From Paecilomyces variotii (Eukaryota): a stretch of 64,000 nucleotides of DNA. A program made the translations under genes and the position numbers. The stretch lies in NCBI GenBank assembly GCA_004022145.1, contig RCNU01000007.1; one strand, 5' to 3'. Of the stretch, positions 28,019 to 40,924 are shown one piece after another; position 1 is the stretch's first letter; every line of letters starts with the position of its first letter. The notes beneath the pieces were generated by a model. It ran no database searches and was not told the DNA's origin. It saw only the letters and a list, made by a program, of their open reading frames with translations.

Positions 28019-28668
28019 AGAGAATCGGCTGGGATATCTGATGGAAAAGGTGGGCAGATCTGCTATACTCCCTTGATGGGGATTTGGGAGATAGGATATG
28101 TCCTATTCCGATACGTCCTACTTCGATCTGAGGCATGATGACCGAGATAGCCCAGCTGGCCCCGCAGGCCGTGGGCTCAAAGCAGCGTTGAATAAGGCCG
28201 CGACAAAAGCGTCGACGTTAGCCTCATGCATTCTCGGGCGCAGCCCATAAACTTATTCTGTCGCTCGCCATGACCGTCAGAACACAATCCGCGGAGAGCC
28301 TGATGTCTTCTGGTCACCTATTGCCGGACGGCGCATCGTTCTCGGAGATCTGGCTAGTACGCCACGAATACGTACGACGAATACGTTGCAATGACACTAT
28401 GAATGAGAAGAAAATTCTTAATTCTCACAATCTCTAAGAAAGATCAAACAGGAGAAGTTTACATTGTTAGTCAGACGTGAGATAAGTGACGAATGTCCAA
28501 CGAGTTGAAAGTTCTCCAACGCAGTGGGACAGTTTCTAAAAACATGATGTTAAATTCTTTTTTATTAATTGAATCGACTGCGTCAGGTTTATATCCTGGC
28601 ATGCCGGGTATATCGTAATTCTTTAGATGTGGGGTATTCTATTATACAGTATATATCATGATGGTACA

Positions 28669-31190
28669 CTATTTATCCACGTCCATGGGATCGCCAGCTG
28701 CAACCGGTGCTGCGACAGGAGCAGGAGCAGGAGCTGCGCCATTCGTACTTGGGACATTTGGTTTGTCATTTTCTTTCTCTTTCCCCTTCTCCTTCTCTTT
28801 TTCCGCCTCCTGGACACCATCATTCTTAGCATTGCTGTCACTGGGTGCAGTCTTGGGCTTTTCTCGTGGCTTTGTGGGATCCAGGAAGCGCTCCGGAACA
28901 CCACGCGCAGCAACACCAAGTGGGCCTACGTAGCACCCCAGCATGGAGCTCCAGACATGCTTCTGAGCCACAGCACGTCGGATCTCGCGGTAAGCATAGG
29001 AATTTGCATAAGGTAATCCGGTTTCGGGGTCTTTATATCGAGCTGGTAGTGAGGTGATGACGCAGAGGTGGGACGATATTTCTGTTTAGATAGAATTATG
29101 GTTAGCTTATTTATTTCATGAGGTGGGATGGGGTAGGAAGCCGTACTTGTCAGTCTAGGTGGTTTCTTTGTGTTGAAATAGATGCTGTAGTCTCGACTTT
29201 GTGCTGTCTTCTCGTCGAAATTCTCTAGGATGATCAGATTTCGCCCAGATTGCTCCACTACTGGAGGGACGTCTGGTTGTTGTGGGTTTGCACCGTTCGC
29301 GTCTGTGTTATCTTTCGTATCGGCATGTACAGGGGCATTCGGATTTGGCTGATCTAAAGCGGTTGGCGGTGCCTGATCTGCTGAAGGTAGAGGAGGAGTT
29401 TCTGTCGAATTCCCCTGTTTCTCCGATGATCCCTCAGTTACACCTTCTTGTGGTACAGGCGCGGATGTTACTGGTGCCGCGGGTTCTTGCGGTGCCTTTT
29501 CATCAACCGCTACGGGATTAGCTTGTGGAGACACGGCTGTAGATTTCGAGGCCGATTCTAACGACGATGCATCCACATTAGACTGAGGTAGAGACTTTGG
29601 CGATCGAGGTGTTTCTTGAGATGTCTCTTGTGTTTTCGATTCTGGTTGTGCCGAGGTAGCGGCTCTTTCGGGCGATGGCTTCTGCGCTTCGTCTTTCGCT
29701 GAATTTACCTGTTCTCCAGCTGGGGCACCTGTGGTAGACAGGGCTGTTGTATCCTTGGAAGATGCTTCCGCCATCGCAGACGGTTGAGCTGGTTTAGATG
29801 CTGGTTCTTGTCGGGGTTCTGGTCCATCGTCGGTAGTTGAGCTCTCTGGCAGGGATGCATACAGATGGATACCATCGAGAAAACCTGCTTGTCGTCGAGA
29901 AACAGCAGAAGCATCCTCCTTCGCCTCAGTCGACCCCTGTTCGGGAGGTTGCTTCTGTGAAGGATCCGAGGCTTTATCAGCCGGAGTTTTATCAGTCGAA
30001 GGTCCATCAGCCTGCGATGATGAAGTGGGCTCCGGAGCTGTAGTCGAGGTTGGAGCAGCAGGTTTGTCTTGGGACGTTTCCGAAGGTTGAAGAGCTGTCG
30101 AGTCTTGCTGTGCATTCGATTCCTTCTGCGCGTTTTGCTCTTTTTCGGTACTGTCCACTTTCATCGTATCTTCCGCGTTCGCTTTGCCTTCCACCTGCGG
30201 CTTTTCCTCTGACTTCTCCTTGCCGTCCGTTTCCCCTTTATCATCTGTCTTGTTTTTGTCGTCTGACTTTCCTTTGTCCTCCCCCTTTTTCTTCCTTTTG
30301 GGCTCCTTCTCTTCCTTCTCAGGCTTCTGTTGTATATCGACTTTACCGACGCGCGTGAGCTTTCCGTTTACCCAAACCGCAAGACCACTCCACCACGACA
30401 TAACCGGACCCTCTAGGCGTCGATTCTGGAGAGCCTCTAGTCTTGCCCTCTGCTCTTCCGCCTTCTTCTTCTCCATCTCCTCCCAGCGGTTCAAGCTTTT
30501 GCTGTTGATTCGTTCCACCCGAGCGGCCTCCGCCAGACGTTCTGCTTGGGTCATTTCCTTGGGCTTGTGTTTCTCCTTCCTCCTGGCCGCTTCCTCCATT
30601 GTTGCGATCAAACGGGTCCGCTTCTCCTCACTGTCCTTCAGTCGAGCATGCGTAAGTTCCTTGTTCTTCATCGTTTGACGCCGTGAAGAAGACCGGGTAG
30701 GGCCCTCTTCGGGAGTAGGTAGCCATGAAATTCGCTCCGATTTCTTCTTCGGTCGGGGAGGTGGCGTAGAGACAGTAGACGTATCGATCTTGACCCTTTT
30801 CCGTATCGCTGCGAGCTTGAGTGATTCGTGCGCCTTGCGTTTCTTTGCTAGACGATCTGCCTTGTCGAGTTTTTGTAATTCTTTCTCGCCCTCGAGGTCG
30901 TTATCCTGCGCGTTGGGTCCTTGATCTTCATCGTCCTCCGAGGACGAGTCCAACTGCATGTCTTCAGCATCTTCTCCAGCGCCTTCCTCCGCTGCGCTTT
31001 CAAACTCTTCATCATCTTCATCTTCCGCGAACAAGAGCGCCAGCTCATCGTCGGCCTCGGCGTCTAACAAGGTCGACAGATTCCGCCCTGCGGTGCTTCG
31101 CCTGGCGCGACCTGCAACGAGCGTCTCGACAGGCTCAACGTCCTCTGCGGAGGACTGATCTCCCGCGCGAGACGTTTCGTCGTCCGACAT
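28669..31190 (-). CDS. VPS72: SWR1 complex subunit Vps72/Swc2/YL1, one intron near 29085-29147
   Basis: GRARRSTAGR plus acidic N-terminus, MTQAERLAEA..VERINSKSLNRWE; spliced YL1_C LCVITSLPARYKDPETGLPYAN. Confidence 0.92.
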
Positions 31191-31663
31191 CCTTTAGTGC
31201 TTGGCTTCGTGCCGCTCGGAGATCGTTGACTGAAGGCGCATCTGTAGGAATCCTGCCGGGTCAGAATGCCGGAATCGCGGGATATGAATTATGCGAAGTA
31301 GATCCCACTCTGTAACCAGGGTCGTAGCATGGGTTGGGGGAAGCTTGACACGCGTGGTCGATGGGCGCGTCTGTACAGGCTCTTCCGACGCCTTTGGTGC
31401 GGATGCGGAGAGATGTTACCGGTAAGTGAGTGGCGCTGCTGTCACTGACGACCTTTCGCGCTAATCACTTAACTATGTATCCGCCGCTGACCTTTCTTGG
31501 TTACAAAAGAACCTGATAGTTATCCAGTTCATTAAGCTACTCAAGAAACTGCCACAGCTGCATTGGCCAATATTTGTGCTCTATATATGAGATTAAACTA
31601 TAACCCCTCTGTGGACAGTAAAATGTAGCCTCACCCCTACAGTACATACATACAGTACTACTT

Positions 31664-32155
31664 TCAACTCTCCGAAGCAGGTATCTCCTCATCGCCAGAC
31701 AATATACAATCACGTCTAGTCTTTCCCCAAGGATATGACTCGTCCGTAATTTTGCGCACCTCGCGATAAAAATTCCTATACCAGGGACTATCCCGGTAAA
31801 TGCCAATCATCCTGACGATATTAGTATTAATATTAGGTGGAGAAATAACCTACTTAAGGCCATCCACTCACAATTTATTATCAACGCGACAAATACGATA
31901 TATTTCATGCGGGAAGTCATGATGGATTGGCCCGGAGAAACAGTCCTTTTCAATATCCATAATAATATAGATTTTGGGGTTTCTTTGGGTTATATCCGAA
32001 TTCGACGGTTGGATATGAATGAAATGACGGCCAGTTTCAAGTTCTGTGGCTGAGCGACCGTTCTTTTCAAGGTATAATCGAACTGCTTCGTAGGGGTCAT
32101 GGGGGTTGAAGTCGGGTTCTGGTATGCGGAGAATTACTCGTTTTGCTTGGTTCAT
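31664..32155 (-). CDS. Hypothetical orphan protein (~143 aa), 2 exons
   Basis: 95-codon ORF interrupted by GTGAGT..TACTAA..CAG, which rejoins in frame to MIGIYRDSPWYRNFYREVRKITDESYPWG...*. Confidence 0.6.
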
Positions 32156-32384
32156 TTTGTATGGAGGGGAAGATGGGAGGGTGGTGGTTTGATTCTATGT
32201 GTTTGTTATCTCAGGTTCATGTGTCTTTGGTAGGAGAGTCGGTCAAAGCTGATAAGTAATAGGATTAATGTAGCCTGGTACTGCATAAGCCAGTAGGTCC
32301 TCGACCTTTTTTAACGCCGTATCAAGATTTACTCAGTTGATATGGTAGAACCTGGTCATAATCGACTACATAAGTACGTACACG

Positions 32385-32433
32385 AAAAAAAAAAAAAAAG
32401 AAGAAAAGAAAGAAAAAGAGAAAAAAAAAAAAC
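32385..32433 (+). repeat. Poly(A)/AAAG-rich simple repeat
   Basis: aaaaaaaaaaaaaaagaagaaaagaaagaaaaagagaaaaaaaaaaaaa read directly. Confidence 0.9.
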
Positions 32434-34963
32434 ACCTGATACCGCAGCACTGCTGTACCTCTTCGGAGCCAGTAATATTCTTCTTCACCTTCACTGTGTA
32501 AAGAATATACGTAGTTATTGCGGTTTCCACATGCGCCCTGCCTATTTAAGACACGCTATAGTCACGTGGACGACGTATATACAGGTATAAATTAATATAC
32601 ACACAGTTCTCCTACTCAAGCCAGATCCCTACTATTCATATATCTTCGTTCTAAAGACCAATAGAACACTAGAAGCGTCGTACCTAAGGCATGCTTCGTA
32701 ATGTATGTATGTACTTGCGAGAGCCTTACTGTCATATGTACCTAGGTAGTATCTGAGACATAAGTGCCTGAGGCAGTAAATGAAATACCATAAGTATGGT
32801 ATGGTTTACCCTGAAGTATGGTCAGTTTGCCCTCAGCGGCCGGTCCATCCGGTGTCTTTGAAAAGGATTTTCAACACTTGTAGGCTACTGGACACATATA
32901 CATAGTTGCCTAAAGGACCCCACCCTCTAGAAGATTTATGGTTTGAGTAAGAGTAAGACATCCAAGAATAATCCATAATAATACTGGTAGAGTAGAAGTA
33001 GCACTTGGGGATATACATTAGCTGGAGCATAATTCGCTGTCATTGGGCAGTCTTTCTAGTGAGTATATGGAATTCATCCGATGATTCCTTTTCTAAAATA
33101 AGAGCTGGAAAATTCCCTATTATTCTGTATGATTTTAATGCCCAGTCCCTGATCGGACCTCGTGGCGTTTGTTACCGGATCCGTCTGGAAACCTTCAGAT
33201 CCAAATCTGAAACTTTTGACTGGTGTGGTGTGTGCGCCTTGATCCGAGAGCATTGCGGGGCGGTTTGGGACGCGAACACAGACCTTGGGACTGACGAGCG
33301 ATTTATGAACGCCCTTTGGCTTGCCGAAGCCGAGAGCTAGTTTTGTCTGCTCGTCTAGAACATGCAAGCTGGGTTCGATTAACCGACAGCATTGCGTGTT
33401 CAGTCGACCTACTCGACAGTGGACTCGTCATGAGTGTTGAAAGAGTAGAATAATGCAATAGTAGAGCAGAGCACATTCCATGCAACGTGTTCTCTGAATG
33501 GTATAACTACTGCGGCCCCAATAATGGCTGAGGTTCTCTTAGGCTGCTTGTGGGACATTCTTGGCAGCGTCGTTTGGTGTTGCGGAGAGCAGAAGATCGC
33601 CATCCGTGCGAAGCTACGTTTCAGGTGTTTCAGGGTCCGAGTTCGTGCATCTGGTCAGGAACACGCAGCGATAGGGCCGGAGATCCCATACCAATCCAAC
33701 CCAGACATTGATTGACTCGATGATCCATGGCTATATGGACCCTTGCTGTGATCCATGCCGGTTTGAGCAGCAAATTGGGAATCAGCCCCCTTGCTCACAG
33801 CTCAGTAATAAATCTGGTGACTCTCTGCCACCGTTACAGTCTCCTTTCTGAGCTCTTATCTGAACATCCCGATGTTTAACCGTAGTGATCTAGACCTCTA
33901 ATACCGCTAACATATACTCGAATCGAATCTGGGGATGAATTAAACCAAGCGTACCGTGAAAACGCCTGTCAATAGGAACCGACTAGCTGGAGTCTGCAAG
34001 ATGTCAACCATCACCCCTGTATCCCTGATGAACAGGTCATTTTTAGCCAGCGGAACGAGTTTCTGTTCTTTTTGCTGAGGCCTTTTTTGGTGTGTATTCT
34101 GATTCTTTGAAACATCCACTCGAGGCGATCCCGTATATCTTCACAGAGGGAACCAGGAGCTCATGACTGTCTGCTGCGACTCGTCAATGGTCAATGGTGA
34201 ATCAGGAATGCGGGGGAGATGCTTTCGCAGGAACGATCCTATACTGTAAAGGGTATGTGGCGAGCCGCTCCAGAGCTTCATTAGACTCAGGGACGAAAGC
34301 TTGTCTGGTGTACCATATGGAGTAATACCACACCGGCATCGCGGGGTTCTTTGGGATTATTTGTATCTATGCTGAAAATTGAAATTGCTCGAGAGCATAG
34401 GAGATGGAGGCATCTGTACTCTGTATCATTGTCAGAGTCCCCTGATGGGATGTAGTGCAGTAGGTTAACTACCTCATCCCAGATCTGTCCAGGAACGCTT
34501 GTTTCTGGACTGCTTGAATCATTCTATTGTGTGTGAGTACCTACAGCAGCACCGGAAACTCGAGGACAGGCTATAAACGACGCAAGTCACTAAAGAGAAA
34601 GGTAACTTGACACTTCTGAGTTTCTGCCTCAGTGGCTTGGATGAAACTGGCTCGTCCGCCGGCATCCGTCAGATGATATGATGGTATGGACTCTCTCGCG
34701 TTGGTGCGAGCGGGGGGCGGTGATCATAGATGCCATTATTCAACTTGTGTCACTTTTGGTCTTTAGTCTTTTAGTCATAAGAGGGATCTGCCGGATCGAC
34801 TCTCAGCAGTGCAGAAAAGACTCTCTGGAGTCGAAAGTACCAGCCTGAATCAATGCTGGCAGAAGAAGAAGATGGCTGTGGAAGGGTTTCCACTCTTTCC
34901 ATTTTCCCAGAGACTCCGGCCCGCCACCGGGCATCACGACGGCCGTGAGTCAGGATGGAAGAG

Positions 34964-35112
34964 AATAGGATAGGATAGGATAGTAAAATAAATAGAATAA
35001 AATACGATAAAATAAAATAAAATAAAAATACAGACATGGCAGATTGAACAAGGAATTTATACAGAACAACAATAATAATAATCATCCAGTAAATAGAGTA
35101 ATAATAATAATT
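34964..35112 (+). repeat. (ATAGG)n/(ATAAA)n/(AAT)n microsatellite patch upstream of the JSN1-like gene
   Basis: taggataggatagga, aataaaataaaataaaaata and ataataataata runs. Confidence 0.85.
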
Positions 35113-36054
35113 AGTTAACCGGCAACGCCAACCAGCGGCTGTGCCCGGCGCTCCGGCGAGCTCGAGGACGTCCAGCCGCACTCTCGATCCTCTCAGTCCA
35201 AAGTCAACGCCCATTCGTAACTAACTTAACTCCCCTGTCCTCTCCCCGTCTGCCCTTTGCAGCTTCACCCCCTTCCTCGTCCATCTCCCTCCTCATCTAC
35301 TTCTTCTCTTCTCTCACCCCCCCCAATACTAGACTTCTCTCAATTCCATATCCTTTTTTCGTTGATCTCCTTGGCCTACTACGGCTGCCGTAGTCTTACG
35401 TTGCCCTCTTCCAGCCACCTCTTTTCGGTCCTTTCTGTTCCGTATTAGCTATCGCTTTCCTTTCTCTGGCGCCGTCCCTCGACGCCTTTGTCTCGACGAC
35501 AACTTACTTTTCGGCCGTCTTCGAGCACGATCAGCGGCTGGCGATACTTTTTAATACCGGAATTCCATCGAGACCGGATCCCACTGGCTCTGCAGTTTAG
35601 CGGCCTGAAAACCGTTACGCAGCGTCACAGCTTTTGCTCTTCCAGCAGCCACTTCTGAAGACGACGGATTCGGTGACGACGACGTTCTTTTCAGCAGCAC
35701 ACACCTCTGGAATTGCACGGATTTTGATCTCTCCTGGTCCCTCTCGCTACCCCACTGCCGTCATCCAAGTGAGGTTTCACGCATTCCTCGACTGCTTGAC
35801 AGCCACGTCGGTCGTCGGACCTTTCGAAACAAATCTTCGTGCGCATCGCTCGTTGAACCCTCCGAGCTTGCTCTGGTGCTGGACAGCAACGAGAAGCCGT
35901 TATATGCCAGACGACAGCATCTACGCCACATGGTCTTCTCTATGCTGAGTTCCCTTTGAACACAATAGCAAAGTCGACGACGGCTCGCCGCGGATCACGA
36001 AACAAACATAGCGGCGTATCTTAATAATCGAGGCAGAAGTCTTCCAAGTCTATA

Positions 36055-39000
36055 ATGATACCTGCTTCACGACCGGAAGGTCATCTGAACCTTAACTACA
36101 TTCCGACATCTCAGCCAATGTCCGGGACCTCGACTGGGAGCAGCTCGCCCAATGATCCTGCTGCCACCGCCCCGGCCAAGTCACCATTCGGTGGCCCAGC
36201 CGGTCTAGGTGGTAGTGGAGGATCGTTGGCGGGTCCAAGACTCGGGGCAGGATCCCCGTCACATGAACTGGGGGCTCGTCTATATTCGAAGAGGTACGCA
36301 TCCACAATAGCGCACGTGTGACTGCCGTTCGACTAATGTTTTGTGTCCGATAGAGCCAGGGAGATTCAAGCCCAAGAAGGAGTTTCCCCAAGCATTTGGG
36401 GTCCTCCAACGAGTGGCCATTCTACACCTCTGCGCGAAAACATTCCCGAATCCCCTGGCCAAGATGGCTTCCCTGATCTTGTCCCTCCGTCCGAAGGCAA
36501 CCTCAATAGCCCTGCACGCAGAGCTCGAGCCGGTACTGTCCCTTCGCGATTTTCCCCCGTTGATACGCTCAACGGTGTAAATGTGCAACAACAGTCGTAT
36601 CTGTCCAAAACCTCCCGGCCGACCCCATCTACAAGTCCCTTCCGGCCTCCCGGTGTCACGAGTGTTGAATCGGGCGCCAAGACTGCAACTGCAAATAACG
36701 GAGGTAACACGACGATGTTGTCTCGTCTAAGGGCGGGTTCGATGCCACAGCGGCCGGGCTTGCTCGGATCCTCCAACCCATTCGGGCCATCCTTGTTCTC
36801 GACAAGCTGGTCTACGGGACGGGAACGGGCGACAACGCTCACCAGCATCCGTTCTTCTGAAGGTCCAAATTCTCCAACTCAGTCTTCTTTCTCGAGGGAC
36901 GGTCTGGCGGATACCGACGTAAAGACGCTGGACTACCTTGGGCTTGCTGAGACCCCCCAGCAATCGCGAGCGACTCTGGCTCGATCTTCGGTTGACATGC
37001 TTCTGCAGCAACAGCAACAGCAGCAGCAGCAACAACAACAACAGCAGCAGTCCACGCTGCCGCCTCTGCTCGCGGAATTGGCCATGATGAAGAGTAACAA
37101 TCGTTTCAGATCCTATTCAGTCAATGCGACGGAAAAGTATGCGGATGACGAAGAGGAAGAATATGCGACTCATTACTCTCAACTTCCTTCTGGAACTTTG
37201 ACGCCCTCGGCTGCAGCGACCGCAGCTCAACTTGCAGCGACACAGGCTCAGATTCATCAGCACAATCTCGCGGTGCAAGCCTTTGCCAATCACGCGTCTG
37301 CTAGTCGGCCTCGAGCGCGCACCGCTGGAGTGTTGGAAACGCCTCCACAGCGATCTTCCATCCGCAATTATCTTGCTACCCCGTCACGGTTGGACAACAG
37401 TATTAGCGCGGCTGACCTCCGGATTTCGGAGAGCGGAGAATATGACGAATTGTCAGAGGCTGTTCACATGATGCAGCTTGGCGGAAATGGAAACGGAAGC
37501 CTTGGACTTCGCACTTCTGGAGAGGTGGACGAGAATAACCTGGATGGTCCAACCAGGGCGTTGTGGATCGGCAGCATACCCGTATCAACAACTGTCACCT
37601 CTCTAGATGCCATTTTCAGCTTGTACGGGAAAATTGAATCGACAAGGGTGTTGACGCACAAGAACTGCGGCTTCGTCAACTTCGAGCGCGTTGAGAGTGC
37701 AATTCAAGCGAAGTCTCTACTCAACGGAAAGGAAATCTTCCCTGGTGCTGGCCCTGTGAGAATCGGCTATGCCAAGGTTCCAGGGACGTCGGCATCTGGT
37801 ACTCCGGGCGCCAATGGTGCTCAACCCTCGCCGACGCCCGACCCCAACGCAAAGCAAGATGGCTCGATTGATGTTGCTGCTGCACGCTCTGAGAGTGCGA
37901 CTCCACATGTCCCGCCTTTGGTCGAGTTGCAGCCTGAGATGGCCCAGATAGTCCAGGAATTCGGCGCCACGGATGAGGAGGTTCACAAGATCACCTCCAG
38001 TGTGAGCAAGGCAATTGATTATCAAGACTTTGAGAGCGAGATCCCGCCGATTCCAGAGCCTAGCCAAACGAGGATGCATGATGCCCCTCGTCTTCGCGAC
38101 ATCAGAAAGAGAATTGACAACGGCGCCTGTTCCATCCAGGAGATCGAGGAGACGGCCAGCGGAATGCTGCCCGAAATCGCAGAGCTATCCTCAGATTACC
38201 TTGGCAACACTGTCGTGCAAAAATTGTTTGAATACTGCTCGGAACAGACAAAGGAGCAGATGCTCGTCCAAATCGCGCCACACATCGCGGAAATTGGAGT
38301 GCACAAGAACGGCACCTGGGCTGCCCAGAAGATCATCGATGTTACCAAGAGTCCTACACAGATGCAAATGATTGTCGACGGTCTTCGGCCATATACTGTA
38401 CCTCTGTTCCTAGACCAGTATGGAAACTATGTCCTGCAATGTTGTCTGCGTTTTGGCAGCCCTTACAATGATTTCATCTTCGAGACTATGCTTAGCAAGA
38501 TGTGGGAAATCGCTCAGGGGCGATTTGGCGCGAGAGCTATGCGGGCTTGTCTAGAGAGTCATCACGCTTCAAAGGATCAGCAGCGGATGCTCGCAGCTGC
38601 TATAGCGCTGCACAGCGTTCAGCTTGCCACAAACGCAAACGGCGCTTTGCTTCTGACTTGGTTCCTCGACACATGCACCTTCCCCCGCCGGCGGACAGTT
38701 CTCGCTCCTAGACTAGTACCTCATCTGGTGCATCTCTGCACCCATAAAGTCGCCTACTTGACAGTTTTGAAGGTGATCAACCAGAGGAACGAACCGGAGG
38801 CTAGGGAAATCGTTCTTAAAGCCCTTTTCTTTAGCCCTGGAGATGATGTACTGGAGAAGATCCTGAGCGACCCGACCTCCGGTGCGACGCTTATCTTTAA
38901 GGTCCTCACCACTCCTTTCTTTGATGAATCCATGCGCTCGGAAGTCGTCAAGAATGTGTCCAAGGTTCTTACAAAACTGAAGGCCACTCCAAGCCAGGGA

Positions 39001-39801
39001 TACAAGCGTCTGATGGATGAAGTTGGTCTGTCCTCCCGAGGCGGTGCCCGGGAACACCACCACGGCAGGGATGGTGCTGCTAGTCACGCATCCAACACGG
39101 ATAAGCAGCAGCATCGCCCCAGTTCGCGTCAGGTAAATTCGAGCTACAATCCGCAGAGTCCGATGGAGAGGCAATACAATGGCCAATTCGGCTCAAATGT
39201 GTTGTCTCAGAACTTTGACAGTTCAAGGCCTCTGTCGGCTGACCACAACGCGGTGCCGTCTTTCGATCAATACGCGGTGAGTGGCATTAGTGGCATGCCA
39301 GGGGCTGGTGCAACGGGTGGTTTAAGTGCCTTGAATGGCCTTGGCGGTGTCAATGCAGCTGCTTTCGGCCAAGACACGATGATGCCAATGAACCAGCAAC
39401 AGCTGCAGTACCAAGCTTATCTCTCGGCTCAAACCAGGGGCGTGTCTCCTGCGGGGCTATATCCAACCCTGTCTGGAGCGAATTTCGGATATCCAGCTGC
39501 TGCGCCTTCTATGGACAATTTCAGAGGTCTGCAAACGCATTCCTCACCTCTCTCAGGTGCACCCAACCAGATGAGCCCGAGCCCGATGCTCAGCCAACCT
39601 GCATTTGCCCCACCGCAGTTCAGCCCCGTGCTCAACGGCGCTCAAATGTATCAATATCCTCCGCAGTTCTACCCTCAGGCGCAGACGGTACAAGGTCAGT
39701 CTGCAGGAGGACGGCGTGGACGCGTAGGTCACCCCCGATAGGTTTACGATCTGATGTTATACGGCGTTCAAACACTGACATCGGCTTGATTGCAGCGTTA
39801 A
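36055..39801 (+). CDS. JSN1: RRM + Pumilio-repeat RNA-binding protein (Jsn1/Puf2-like), introns 36294-36353 and 39724-39795
   Basis: RRM TRALWIG..KNCGFVNF..VRIGYAK; PUF repeats DYLGNTVVQKLFE, HKNGTWAAQKII, DQYGNYVLQCCL, GRFGARAMRACLE; polyQ tract. Confidence 0.9.
37006..37050 (+). repeat. CAG/CAA polyglutamine tract (15 Q) within the JSN1-like CDS
   Basis: cagcaacagcaacagcagcagcagcaacaacaacaacagcagcag. Confidence 0.9.
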
Positions 39802-40924
39802 GACCCTCCTAGTATGACTTTCTAATCTGCTTTTGACCTTCACTTGCATGTATAAATTTCTGAACAAAAGAGGATTATCCGGTTATGTGAACGAAATGAC
39901 AGCCTTGCCCCAACCGACGCTGGACCGTATCGGAGAGGAAAAGGAGAAGAGCGGCCGAGGGTCATTTGTTGACCACTGCCAATACATCCATCATCCATTC
40001 TTCCTATTTCAAAAAGATATTTGGGGTTCTTTATCATAAAAATTTTTTTTCTTCTCTCTGTCTTGTTATGTTTGTTGTCGGCGGCAGCCCATCTAGGATT
40101 GCTCATCACTGGCATTGGTCGATTTTTGAGATTTGAGATTTGTCCTTGCTGGCTCTCTGTGTCCTATATGTCTATGTCAAATATGCTTGGGTGCGAGCGG
40201 ATGTCTCTTGTGACGAATCTCCTTACATTATGTTCGCAAACCAAATCATATTCTGTTTCTGAGCCAACATGTAGCATGAATATCCTCTCTACTCTCTTGG
40301 CTTCGGCTTCACCAAAATTCAAGGCGTTCTAAGCGTCAATTGAAAAGTTGGGTCTCAATTGGAGATGTATGTTTCTGGGCACTTTTCGTTTAGATCGGAT
40401 CCGTGTCTATTAACATTAGTTGGCAATCGAAATAATTCTGACAGTCGCTATATCTTCCATTGGAGATCGTTCAAGAGGTTGAATCCTTTTTGTGTAGTGC
40501 AGTTTCAATAGCGAATACAGGAAAGCCGATATTGTTTCTGATCGTTGCGGTCTTTCCCACAAATTCCGAGGAATACTTACAGATAGGTACTTACAATAAC
40601 TAAATTGAATAGACATCTTCCCGAAATAAGCTAAGTAATACTATATATATATCTAAGAGAATATTACCACATGGTAGTAATTCTTTATCCTTCTTGACAA
40701 AAGCGCCAAGACATGTTTTGCATACGCTAACTTACAGCACCGAACGATACAATCAACGGAAAGAGCAACAACATCATCAAAACGGAAAAGAACTACAACA
40801 ACAGTCACAAGAGAATTCAGAATAACCGTGTCAAATGGAAAGGAAAGAGTCATGACATATCAGCTAGAAACAATGACTCTGCTCCTCGTGCTATGAATAA
40901 AAAAAATCGCCCATCAACAGAATA

